Origin: Raja brachyura
Taxonomy: Eukaryota
Direction: 5' to 3'
DNA: 64,000 bases
Assembly: GCA_963514005.1 (NCBI GenBank)
Contig: OY740794.1
Span: 26,660,001-26,724,000 of the forward strand
Of the stretch, positions 23,805 to 36,855 are shown one piece after another (the first letter of the stretch is position 1; the number at the start of each line of letters is the position of its first letter). The notes beneath the pieces are model-generated. The model saw only the letters and a list, made by a program, of their open reading frames with translations. It ran no database searches and was not told the origin of the DNA. A program made the position numbers and the translations under genes.

Positions 23805-24912
23805 CTGAAATACACAAGGATACAAGTGTGAATTAGCAGTTTCAAGAATAATATTCCAATATATGCTTCGTGGTATTGGTCACCACAAACAATCCTAACT
23901 ATATATTAATCAATTTGTAGCTGAATAGCGAAAAGCTAAACTTTAAGCACAATGGGAAAAGTAATCAACTTACAAGAATTCTGGGAAAAGTGGTCCCTTT
24001 ATATGAACTCTCCAGCCTGGTGAAAAGAGGAAGAGGGACTAGATAGCCATAAAGCCGATTGTGAAAGTTCGCCCAACATCAGTGGCAGGCCAGGTCGCTA
24101 AATTGATGGAATAGGGAATGTGCATCTAGTTTACTCGATCAATGAATTAATGACTTTCAGATTCATGAGGGTACTGGGCAAGGGTACATCAACAAACCTT
24201 CTGGAAGATCAGAAGAAACAGCATAAAGGAGGGGAAATATCAGGACATCAATAGCGATACCCCCTGAACAATCATTATAAGACAGACCTGGAGTTTGGAA
24301 CCCAAGATTACAACCCTCATTGTAGAAAGCCTGGCCAGTTCACCATGTTGGGTGGTATTTAAATCCAGGCCATCAGTCTTGCGATTTAGTGCAGTAAGTG
24401 ACAAGTTATAACAAGTGTGTAGTTATAGGAAATGAATTGTACACAGGCATATCCACGTAACTTGAGTGCTAATAAAGACTACTTGACTTGAGTGTGCTAA
24501 TAAACCTTAGTTTGAGAATCTCTTTGTTTAACACGTCCGTTTATACTCTATATAGATAACAGGGTCAACGTTATATTCCTTGACTGTTAATTTCCAGTAA
24601 ATTGAACTATAAAGAAGAGTGCATTTGATCAATGCATGTTCACAGTAAGGATCAGTAATGAAAGAGCACAATAGTACTGAATCTTCAAGCATTAAAGAAT
24701 GATCAGAACCTGAAAAAGATAGCACTCATCTTTTTTTTTTATCACCATTTAAGATCCTAAAAGATATAAATGAGATAGACTCTGGTTAATTATTTACTAC
24801 GATCATTTAATTATGCTGATCAAGAAAAAGCTTCATCTCTAACGTGTTGAGCATAACACTAATTCACCAATTTCCAGCAAAATAGTGAAGCTGGAACTTT
24901 CGGCCCCACCAG

Positions 24913-25190
24913 GGTGGTAGAGTTACAGCACCAGAGACACACGGGTTCGACCCTGACCACGGGTGCTGTCTGTACGGAGTTTGTATGTTTTTCCCGTGAC
25001 CTGCATGGGGTTTCCCCCGGGTGCTCCGGTTTCCTCCCACACTCCAAAGGTGTACAGGTTTGTAGGTTAATTCGCTTTGGTAAAATTGTAAATGGCCCTA
25101 TGTGTGTAGGCTAGTGTAATTATGTGGGGATCACTGGTCGGCACAGACTCAGAAGTCATGGGCCGCGTTGTATCTCTAAACCTAACTAAA
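24913..25190 (+). mobile_element. V-SINE (HE1-like). Further plus-strand copies at ~22500-22690 (partial), 27848-28165, 38115-38345, 48114-48413 (duplicated 5' head), 55560-55790, 60104-60400
   Basis: gggttcgaccctg B-box, ggtttcctcccacactccaaag central domain, tatctctaaacctaactaa tail. Confidence 0.85.
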
Positions 25191-28100
25191 GAGTACATTA
25201 TTTGCCTCTATATCCCAAGTTACAGAACTTAGAGCAGAGTTCATCTTTTAAGATTGAGAACTCTCAGTGTGGTCCCACTGAAACTTCATTTCTCTCAGTA
25301 TAAACATTTAGAGTTAGAATCATGCAGCAGAGAATGGGCCCTTCACCCCAACCCATCATTGTCTATTTTAAGAACTGTCAGCATAATTGGACATCACCAA
25401 ATAGCAGTAACATAGCAGAGTTAATATGTAGATAATGCAGTCAAAATTTAGTTCCTTGTTGAGGCAAGAGATAACCACAGACAAAGTTAGGTGAAAAAAG
25501 GAACTGTTTGATTTAGAGTAGATTTGGCATCAGGAAGGAGGTTGGAGGACAGTGAAAATTAATAGGGATTAAGCCAGATGGTCATAAAATACATGGACAT
25601 TTGGAATAATTGACACCATTATTCAGTACCGCACCATTCCTAGCCTAAGATAGACACAAAATGGAGTAACTCAGTGGGTCAGGCAGCATCTCTGGAAAAA
25701 ATGAATATGTGACATTTTGGCTTGGAACCCTTCTTCAGGCTGAAAACATCCGTTGCCAGCCCCGATTTGTCTGGCCTTTTCAAGCGTTTATTCCCCCCCC
25801 CCCCCCCCCACCCCTCCCCTCAACTTTCAGTACAAAGAAGGGGTCCGACCCAAAACTTCACCTATTCTTATTTCTCCAGCTTTGCTGCCCGAGTTATTTT
25901 GTGTTTATCTTTGGTATAATTCAGCATCTACAGCTCCTTCCTACCACAGGTAACATTTCTGGCACTTTATAACCCAGTTTGATCTTACATTCTTTGCTAT
26001 GCATGTGAATGTCAAATCTCACTGTACCAATTGGTGCATGTGATAATAAATGTCTCTTGAACTTGAACTCTTGAAAGCTATCTAGCAGTCTCTGAGTCAA
26101 AAGTGAACTCCACCCAGTCCTTCTTGAAAAACTGCCAAGTTTACCAGCAACACACAGGAACTGGTTGGTGTCAGCCTTTTGAGAGAAATGATAGTGTCAC
26201 GCTCAGTGTTTTTTTCTCAGCTTGAGTAATTGTAAATGGTGATCATGGCTTATATTTGAAGCACGGTTATTACAGTGGGAGAAAAGTATATCATTTTAAT
26301 CTCAAGCATCTCTTTACAGTCATTAAAGTACAATTCTCTCATTTAATGGTGAAGGGAAATTACTAGTGGGGCTAAATAAAATCTCACATAGGCAATCATA
26401 TATTCAATAGTTCCTGCCATTCTATTATCTGGAACCATGAATAAGAGAGCCATTTTCCAACAGTCACGCTGGAAGGTACATGCAGACATGCAAGAGGATA
26501 TACTAGCTCCATTATCAGAACCCACAAAATTAAAAATAAATTTTCATTATTTTTAAAACGCAAGGCAAATGGCTTGCAGACACAAGGAATTGCAGATGCT
26601 GGTTTACCAAAAAAGACAAAGTGCTGGAGTAACTCATCGGGTCAGGCAGCATCTCGGAAAACATGGATAGGTGTTGTTTCTGAAAGATGGTCTCCACCCA
26701 AAATGTTACCTGTGCACTTTCTCCAGAGATGTCTCCTGACCCGCTGAGTTACTCCAGAACTTTGTCATTTAAGGGGAAGAGCTTTCTTCTTGGGACGAAG
26801 GACACTTTAGGAGGCAGATAAACTGACAAATACTTGTCTTTGGGATGCGGGTGAAACGGTGCTAACCCACACGGTCACAGGGAAAACGTGCAAACTCCAC
26901 ACAGACAGCACCCGAGGTCAGGATCGAACATGGATCTCTGGCTCTCGAGACAACAGAGTCTATCAACTGCACTACTGTGTTGACAGTCATTAAAGGAATT
27001 TTGAGATAACAATTAGATCATACGTTGCGTGACGTCTGTCGTGACATGAAATTATTCAGTGCAGAAAGGAGAGAACCTCTGATATTCTTTCACCAGGACA
27101 ATTGTTTTTTTTTTTTCAATATACACCTTATGGGGTTTAACATCTTATGTGAAATATGGTTGCTTTGGAAGCACTGTCCTTTCCCAACCAAGTATCAACC
27201 AAAATGGTTTAATCATTTTAAAGTGAGATTTAAATCCTTCACTATTTCATTCAGAAATAAATGCCACAGCTGCCAAGACTGGCATACGGAGACTCTTCAA
27301 GACCACTGTCTGGATACTTATTGTTGTGGTTCAGGTGAATGCTTCTTCAGAAAGGCCAAAGTTTTGCTGTCATAGAGTACGAGTAATCAAGCTGCCTTTT
27401 GCAGGCAATGCTTTAGCTTGCTAGGATGCCAATCTCGATTTCAACACTCACAGAATCGTACAAAAATGTAGGCCTCCTAAAAACATTCTTAACATTCCCA
27501 CCAACCCGTTCCACTATCACGCTCTAAAAACAGAAGGTCTTCGCAAGACCCTCAGACTATCTTTAATCTGGCTTTACATTGCACTAAACGTTATTCCCTT
27601 TATCCTGTATCTGTGTACTGTGGACATGTGTAGTCTTTCCACTGACTAAATCGCACACATCAAAAAAGCTTGTCACTGTATCTCACTCAGTACCCTTGAT
27701 AATGAACTATACTAAAACTAAACACCCTGGAAAATATGGACTTGGGCTCCCAAAGCAGATGTGCCATTCCAGACTCTGCCACAGGAAAATATTACCAAAG
27801 GAAAAGTTTCAGAAATTCAAGTACCCATACAAAAATGATACATTAAAGGACGGCACAGCGGTAGAGCTACTGGTTCACTGCACCAGAGACCCGGGTTCGA
27901 TTCTGACCTTGGGTGCAGAATGAGTGGAGTTTGCACCTTCTTTTTATGACCGCGTGGGTTTTCTCCGGGTGCTCCGATTTCCTCCCACATCCCAAAGACG
28001 TGCACGTTTATACGCTAGTTGGACAATGAAAATGGCTCTTAGTGTATAAGGGGCTGGATGAAACGCTGGGATAACATTAAAAGAGTGTGCAAGGGTGATT

Positions 28101-28690
28101 GATGGTCAGCGTGAACACGGTGGGACAAAGGGCCAGATTCCATGCCGTATCTGTCAATAAATCAATCACCAACCGCTAGTAATCCATGGCCCATGATTGT
28201 TCAAAGTGTTGAAGGAACATTCAGGCTAGGGCTAAAACCTTGTGTTGGGAGCACAAAGATGCCCGTGTAAACGGAGGAAGGAGTGCACCCCTTGACCTGT
28301 TAGCCACTGAATGAGTATGGCTGTCACACTGGCCTCAACGGCCACCTTGCACAAAACTGGAGTGGAAGCCACTCATCAAGTTTGAAGGTCTAAGATGGCT
28401 CCTTCAAGTGTTGCAACCTTCCATTTCACTTTGTTAGTTAAACACTGTCACAATCAACGTCTTTTTTTAAAAACTTGTCTTTCACAAGTTTCAATGAATC
28501 TGGCTGTCATACATGTTAAGAAATACAAACTGCTTATCAGATCTTAAAAAATGACAGCTCAAGGAGGCATGAATTCTTCCTTATGAACCTCGAAAATTAT
28601 TTTTGCGTCTCATTTACTGGCAGTGAAGAGAATTCCTCTTTATTGCCCCCTGTGGGATTATTAAGCAGAAGGTTCAATGTAGTTTAAAAA

Positions 28691-28708
28691 CAGCACCCTC
28701 TGCTGGAC
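28691..28708 (-). promoter_or_regulatory. Candidate CTCF-binding site in intron 14
   Basis: Minus strand CCAGCAGAGGGTGC, one mismatch to the CCASYAGRKGGCRS core. Confidence 0.4.
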
Positions 28709-28777
28709 TGAAGATTCACTTGTTGCTAAGAGTGAAATAAAAAATAACAAAGGAAGGAGAAAGGCGAGGTGTTGCAC

Positions 28778-28903
28778 CTTGGAAGAGGTAGTCCTCTGTG
28801 TTCTGATCTGGATTATCCGAGCTCCCCACAATATCAAACGGCGATCGGCCAGCCATCATTTCGAACATCAACACTCCCAGCGCCCACCAATCCACGCTGA
28901 AAC
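28778..28903 (-). CDS. PRKCI: PRKCI exon 14 (126 nt): [41 protein letters not shown]
   Basis: tttccag|GTTTCAGC ... TTCCAAG|gtgcaa. Confidence 0.96.
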
Positions 28904-30611
28904 CTGGAAATAAAATAGGTTGCTATTTTTAAAAATCAACATTAAAGGAGTAAAATGATGTAATATTGGGAAAGTAATTGGTCAGATTTTAATCAGTCAT
29001 CTCAACCATTCCTGTTTTCTGAACAGTCCGACAATCAAAGGGCTTCCAGTTCTTTGCTAACATTATACTCTGCATGGCTGCTAAGATGGATAATAAATGG
29101 CTCGGTGATTCATTGGGCCTGCTGTTTGCTATTTCCCAATGGGTACAGATACCGTACAACTTTGTGGTGTTTTGGACCAGATTTCTCTCAATATAACCTC
29201 CAAGATTTCAATGATGTGCAAATGTGAACATCTTTGGTCAAAACAACTTTCTCCCCTCATCCCCAGCTTTCACCAAGAAAACATTTTTTTTTTAAATAAA
29301 CTATCTGTGGAAAAATAAGGTTTTAAATGTTGTCAAATTACAGAACATGAATCAATCTCAAACTTTAAGAGGAATTATTTTCTTAATACATCTGTGGGAT
29401 CAAATGTTGTACAACATACAATGAATCGAACATATTAATCTTCCCAAAAGAGTGAAAGATTTTCTCAATTATGTCAGCATCAACTAAACAATGAGTGTAA
29501 TAAATATGCAGAAGAACAAGACTCAAGACAATATCAATACACTAGTGGGCAGTTTGTACTACACTTGATGTTAAATAGATTACAAACCCAAGGGAGGCAA
29601 CAGCAAATACACACCCACAACTTGACAAACAGTGAGTATATCAACCAACATTACACAGAACTTCATCTAAAGCAGCTGTCATATCATAATCCCAAAAGCC
29701 CTGAAGATATAATCTTCAACATGAATTTGATCAAATACACTAAAGTGGAATAAAAATGATGTTCTTCATCACAGTCAACCAATTTCCTCAAGGTTGAATA
29801 AAAGATGAACTATTTTGGTACAAGTCTATTCATGTCTTTAATTTTCTGGAGTGGAAATGCTTATTAACTTCCTCATGCCACAACGTGTAAAATAGAATTA
29901 GACACCACAGGAGGAGTGCTGAGCATTGAACTCATTCTACTTCTATGAATGACCCAGTAAAATGTGTCTACCTGCTGTTATTCCCCAGAGTTCTGCAACT
30001 GTTCCCTTTTCCAGTATCAAATTGAATTGACTTAGATACAGCATGGAAACAGGCCCTTCAGCTCACCGAGTCCACACCGACCATTGATCATCCGTTCACA
30101 CCAATTCTGGTTCTCCCACCTACGTATCCACTTCCTACCTACGACGGGCATTTTACAGAGGCCAATTAATCCACAAATCTGCACCTTTTCGGGAGGAAAC
30201 CGGAGCACCAGAGAAAATCCACACGGTCACAGGGAAAATGTTCCAATTCCTCAGAGACAGCACCCGCCGTCAGGATCAAACCCGGGTCTCTGGCACTGTG
30301 AGGGTGCGACACTACTGCCTGTGCCAATGAGACTTACCAAGTCACATTTTGTAAGATACCTACGAATCTGCTTCTGGGAGGGCATTCCTGATTATAAACC
30401 ATTCACAATAGATAGTAATGGAATAATTGTTATTAAAATCTGACACTGGTTTTTAAAATACTTTTCAACCTTGGACACCAGGTCAACATTTGAATAATAG
30501 AACTTCATCTTTTCACCCACAAACTACTCCTCCACCTGGGAGTTAGGATTTTCCAAATGACAAATGAATTTTTAAATGGAGTTTGCACCAGAAGCATCCA
30601 AACAAGTTTAC

Positions 30612-30699
30612 CATAATCCTCGCCACGCAGAATCTCTGGCGCAATGTAATTGGGCGTCCCACAGAATGTGCTGGTTGTATCGCCAGGCCTTAAGCCTTC
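30612..30699 (-). CDS. PRKCI: PRKCI exon 13 (88 nt): [29 protein letters not shown]
   Basis: tatctgcag|GAAGGC ... GATTATG|gtaaac. Activation loop. Confidence 0.97.
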
Positions 30700-32071
30700 C
30701 TGCAGATAAAGTCAGGAATCAATATGAATAATTCCATGCAAATTTAATAATGTATAGTCAAAGAGTCTAACAGACTCATCGACCCAACTTGCCCACAGCA
30801 ACCCAACATACCCCATCTACACTAGTTCCACCTTTCTGCGCATGGCCTATATTCCTCTAAACCTATTTTATCCATGTGCCTGTCCAAAAGTCTCTTAAAT
30901 GTTATGATAGTACCTGCCTCAACTCCTCTGGCAGTTCGTTCTGTACAACCACCATCCTTTGTGCAAGAAAGTTACCCCTCGGGTTCTTATTAAATTTTCC
31001 CCCCCATAAACCTATGTCCTCTGGTTCACGATTCTCCTACTCTGGGGAAAAATACTCTGCATATGGTCCTGCTCTATTTCTCATGATTTTTGACACATAT
31101 ACAATAATTAAAAGAAATACAGAGTTCATTATATTTTTCAGAACACTGTTTCTCACAGTTTACAGTACCCTACTTAACAACAAATTTGCTGTGAATGAAA
31201 TGCAGCTGATGCAAATCAAGGGAACTGACCCCTCGGTTGATATACAGTACGGTGCAGCAGTTAGTGCTGCAGTCACACCGTTCCAGCAACCCAGGTTCAG
31301 TCCCGACTCTCGGTAGCTTCTTGGTGGAGTTTGAATAGACTTCAAGTGACCAGTTTTCTTTGTTGGTGCTATGGTCTTTGCCCACATTCTAAAAATGTGC
31401 TGATAGGTAAATTGGCAACTTTAAAATTACTCAGAGTGTTGAGGGGAGGTCAGGGAAGAGCAGAATTGGGAAGAAATCGGGAATTTCTGCATGAAGAATT
31501 CTTCAACAATTTGCATCCCCTTTATTCTTGGTTTGTACTGTGAAATGATTTGGACTTTACAGAGAAACAGCGTAGAAAGAGGCCCTTCGGCCCACTGAGT
31601 TCACGCCAACCAGCGATCATCCCATATACTAGCACGACCCTACACAATCGGGACAATTTACAATTTTACTAAAGCCAATTAACCTACAAACCTGCAGCGT
31701 GGGAGGAACCCAGAGCACCCAGAGAAAACCCACACAGTCAAAGAGAGAATCTCCAATCTCCGTACAGACAGCACCTGTAGACAGGATCGAACCTGGGTCT
31801 CTAGCACTGTGGCAGCAACTCTACCACTTTGCCACTGCACCTTTTGGTTGAGGAATAGGCCTTTCGGTCCACAACGTCCATGCCAAATAATGAAGCCAAG
31901 TTAAATTATTCTCCTCTGCCTGCACGCGATCCATATCCACCCATAACCATAAGCTTCCGAAATGTCACTAATATATCCTGGTAGTGTGTTCCATGCACCC
32001 ACCACTGCAAAACAAAAAACCTGCCTCTCATATCTCCCTTAAACTTTGCCCCAATAACATTTATTCTATTA

Positions 32072-32344
<273 letters not shown>

Positions 32345-32420
32345 TTAAGACATCTTATGTCAGGAGCTTCAATGCCCCGATATTTTCATTAAATGTGTAC
32401 AAGAAATAAGCTCAGCCTAC

Positions 32421-32507
32421 CTGGCATGCTCTTCTGGAAGCTTCCTTTGCCGCTGCATATGAAACATCAGATCTCCACCGTTCACATATTCTATGACAAA
32501 AAACAAC
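32421..32507 (-). CDS. PRKCI: PRKCI exon 11 (87 nt): [28 protein letters not shown]
   Basis: gcttccag|GTTGTTT ... GCCAG|gtaggc. Confidence 0.96.
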
Positions 32508-33841
32508 CTGGAAGCAAATCATTTGAATTAACCACTAAACCATCAACAATTTCTTACTCTACTAGATGTACAATCGTCAATTACCCATTTTGATAAAGAT
32601 ATCGCTCCTTCCACTCGAAGAAAGCAGTTGAAGCTCTTGACCTAGTTACCTTGGACCTTAGAAACAGATCCTTTGGCCCAATGTCATGCCGACTAAAATT
32701 CCCAATCTAAGCGAGTCTCATTCACCTGCCTTTGACCAATATCACTCAAAATTCCATTCATATACCTGTCCAAATGTCTTTTACATATTATTGTGCTTTC
32801 CCCAACCACTTCTTCTGGCAGCTTGTTTCATATACATTCCACCCTCTCTACGAGAAAGTTGTCCCTCGGGTTCCTTTCCCCACTCGCATTAAAGTTCTTG
32901 ATTTGTGGGGAAAAATATTCTGTGCATTCAACAAATGCCCCTCATACCTCTGCTACATACATGCATCATACATTCCTCTAAATGAAGGCTGGGACATGGA
33001 ACATGGGGGGGGGGGGGGGGGGGTAAACCGGACAACTCTAATGGCAGAAGGATGGTACATTCCCAAATTCCACTTCTTCATAGGATTGAAGTTTGGAAAT
33101 ATGTCCAAGTGGTGGTGGAAACTGGGAATCTTTTGATAATAGATGCCACATTAAATGTTATTTGCTGCATATCAGAATTTTATCTCTGACTGCTGAACGG
33201 TCTGGAGAAGCTAAATTGCCTATGCCTGTCCCTTATTTATTAAAAGGTTTGGAGTTATTCCTTCTTAGAGCACTACAGCGGCAGAATCAAGGGAAGAATT
33301 GTAGATGTGGCGTGTATATCAGCCTTACTTAAAGTAACAACCCTGAGCCATCAAGCGCAAAGTTAAGAACTTCAAACAGTCTGGTTTCTGTATTCCCAAT
33401 TAAATTTGGCTACCACATCACTGATGATTTTTTCAAATAATATCTGCCATTTAATCCCTACATGTTACTACAATCAGTTTTATCTTTTCTAACAGTAACA
33501 TTTTGAAAATGAAGAATACAAGTTAATAATTAGGAAGTTATGATTAAATAGCCTCACAGAATACTTCATCCAAAGTTCATAAAAAGTTATAGAATAAGTC
33601 ACCAGGGAAGGTCACAGACTCGGTTGTTTAAGTTTATTCAAGGATAATAGAAATACTATGGAAAGGGATCGATTTTGATTACCCAGTCCCAAAATCTTTG
33701 GCCAGACAAATGAAAAAGACATTATAAAGAATTTTTTAAAGCAAAAAGGTTTCATGAACCATATATGTTAGTTAGTTACGACTTTGTTTTGTACATTCAC
33801 ACTGCAACGAAGCCAGCAGAACAATTGGAAACTTATCTCAC

Positions 33842-33939
33842 CTGCTCTCTGTCTGGAAGCAGGAATGTAGTCCCACAAGAAAGGGGTGATTTGATGCCTG
33901 CTCAAACACATGCTTTTCTGTCTGCACCCAATCTATATC
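33842..33939 (-). CDS. PRKCI: PRKCI exon 10 (98 nt): [32 protein letters not shown]
   Basis: ttttaacag|GATATA ... AGCAG|gtgaga. Confidence 0.96.
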
Positions 33940-35469
33940 CTGTTAAAATAAAAAATAAACAATGATTTATATTTCACTTCAAACTTGCAAGCACAACAAA
34001 TCTCAAACCTCTCTTATTCCAAAAATAATTTAATGGTTGTAAACAGTGCCATTTAAACTTTTAGCATGATTAAATAAAGTATGAAACCATTAAAATATAG
34101 ATCACATCACACACAAAACATCAAAGATACAAAAGTTAAATGCAATGAAGAAAAACTCCAGTCAGGGTAGAGTCTTGCCTGAATCAATGACAAGGAAATG
34201 TTTTCAAAATTACTTGCTTCGACATTTTTGCATGGGAGTTACAATATTGAAAAGAATTTGACTACAAGGTCATAACAAGAAACAAAGATCACAATGAATA
34301 AAAGGGTAAGAAAGATACAAAGCAGTAATGAAAACATGGAAGCTGCGTTCACATGGCCAGCACTTCCCTTCAGCACCATAGATCAATATTCAGGTGTGAG
34401 ATGGAATCCATCTCTTGTAGCTGGAACTCCAACAACACTCAAACAACTCAATACCAACCAGAGTAAACTGGAGACACAAGGAATTACAGATGCTGGAATC
34501 GGGAGCAAAACAAAGTGCTGGAAGAACAAAGTGGGGCAGGCAGCATCTATGGAGAGAGTGGACAGGCAATGTTCTGGATCAGGAACAGACTTCGGGGTTG
34601 GGAGACGATGGGATAGGTGGGTACGCTTCAGCTCTGGATGGGGAGGGGACACAGGAAAAAAAGCGAAGATGGGGGTATTACTTTAATTTGGAGAAATGAT
34701 ATACATACCACTGGATTGTAAGCCTTAACATGTTTACATGTGGCCTCACTCTGGCAATGAAGGAAGCCAAGGACAGAAAAGTCAATATGGAAATGGGGAG
34801 TTAAAATGGTTGGCAACTGGGAGATCTAGCAAACCGTGGTGGACTGAGCAAAACAATCGCCGAGTCTATGCTTGGTCTCAACAATGTAAAGGAGGCCACA
34901 TTGGGAACACCGAGGTGCATGTGAACCTCCATCGCACCAATTAAACAAATGCAAATATAATGGAATTCTGGAGAGGAAATTAAAGATTTTAAGTGATTCA
35001 GTTAATTATCACAGTTGTTCTTTGTCTCTCAAAGTAGCATCCAAAAGGTGATGTCTAAATAATCAAGTTATGCCATGAACACCCCATTACTATAACAACA
35101 ATTAAAAAACACTTGGACAGGTACATGGATAGGAAAAGTTGAGGAATATGTGCCAAACATGGGCAGGTGGGACTAGTGTACATGGAGTCTCTTGTCAGGA
35201 TGGGAAAATTGGGCTGAAAGGCCTGCTTTGGAGTGCAATTGAGCGTAATTAGTATTCACTCTCTGTCCATGTCATGGAAGTCACAGTATTTTGCTCCACG
35301 CCAATATTCTAGCATCTTGGAGGACAGTGGAAAACTGAATAATTTAGAGAGCAAATAAAAGACACTATGCAGATCGTGATTTTTCCATACAATTATTTGA
35401 ATGGCTGTTTTGCCAGACAGGTGTCAATTAACCAGTATGCTTCCTAGCTTTATATAGATACACTGGGCA

Positions 35470-36420
35470 TATTGCCACCATGAAGGGATTGACGGCTTTG
35501 TGGCCAAGTTTGCAGATGATATGAAAATAGGTGGAGAGGCAGATAGTGGAGGAAAAGCAGGGATTCTGCAGAAGGGCTTGGATAGGTTGGGAGTGGGCAA
35601 AGTGGCAGGTGGAATATAGTGTAACGAAGTGCGGTCGTGCAGTTTGGTAGTATGAATAAAGGAGTAGACTATTTTTCAAATGGGGAGAGAATCCAGAAAT
35701 CGGAGGTGCAAAGGGACTTGGGAGTGCAGGTGCAGGATTCCCAAAAAGTTAATCTGCATGCCGAATCAGTAGCAATGAAAGCAAACGCAATGCTCGCATT
35801 TATTTTGCGAGGGTTTGTATATAAAACAGGGATGTAATGCTGAGGCTCCATAAGGCGCTGGTCAGGCCGCATTTGGAATATTGCGAGCAGTTTTGGGCAC
35901 CTCATCTGAAGAAGGATGTGCTAGCTCTGGAGAGGGTCCAGAGGAGGTTTATAAGAATGATCCCAGGAATGAGTAGATTAACATATGATGAGTGTTTGAC
36001 GGCACTGAGCCTGTACTCGATGGAGTTAAGAAGAATGAGGGGACCCTCATTGAATCATACAGAATAGTGAAATACTTGGATAGAGTGGATATGGAGAGGA
36101 TGTTTGCACTAGTTGAGAGTCTAGGACTAGAGGTCATCGCCTCAGAATTAAAGAACGTTTTTTTTAGGAAGATGGAGGAATTTATTTAGTCAGAGGGTGG
36201 TGAATCTGTGGAATTCTTTGCCACACAAGGCTGTGGAGGCCAAGTCAATGAATACATTTAAGGCAGAGATAGATAAATTCTTGATTAGTACGGTGTCAGA
36301 GGTTATGGGGAGAAGGCAAGAGAATGGGGTTAGGAGGGAGAGATAGATCAGCCATGATTGAATGACGGAGTAGACTTGATGGGCCGAATGGCCCAATTCT
36401 GGTCCTATTACTTATGACCA
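35470..36420 (+). mobile_element. Decayed CR1 LINE 3' portion
   Basis: KFADD-like motif, ANAMLAFI, ALVRPHLEYC..FWAPHL, and CR1 3' tail gggccgaatggcc..cttatg. Confidence 0.88.
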
Positions 36421-36678
36421 TGTCATTGGTAATTTTGTTCCTTCACATTCTTGCAAGCTTGAACCAAAGTCATGCACAAAACTTACTTTCTTTGCATCAG
36501 TGACATTGGCACTGAAGTGACATTCACTTCTTTAAGAAGTTAACTTATTAACTTCTTAAAGAAGTTACAAAAGCAGAATATTTAACAGCCTTTCCAATAA
36601 TCAGGTTATGAAATGTTATTAATTCGCAATCCTGTGATTTTTAATCTCGTAATCGCACTGGAGTTATGAATTTCTTAC

Positions 36679-36855
36679 CTCATCATCATTAACCAATTCC
36701 TTTTTCACAACCTTCATGGCATAAATGCGCTCCGTCTTTTTCAGTCGGACAAGGAGAACCTTGGCGTAACTGCCTCTTCCAATCACACGAATTAGATCAA
36801 AATCGGGAACACCTAAACTGGAGGGAGCTTTCCCACTTTCCCTGCTGCTCATGGC
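36679..36855 (-). CDS. PRKCI: PRKCI exon 9 (177 nt): AMSSRESGK...IGRGSYAKV...[15 protein letters not shown]
   Basis: ctcctgatag|GCCATG ... GATGAG|gtaaga. Confidence 0.96.
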
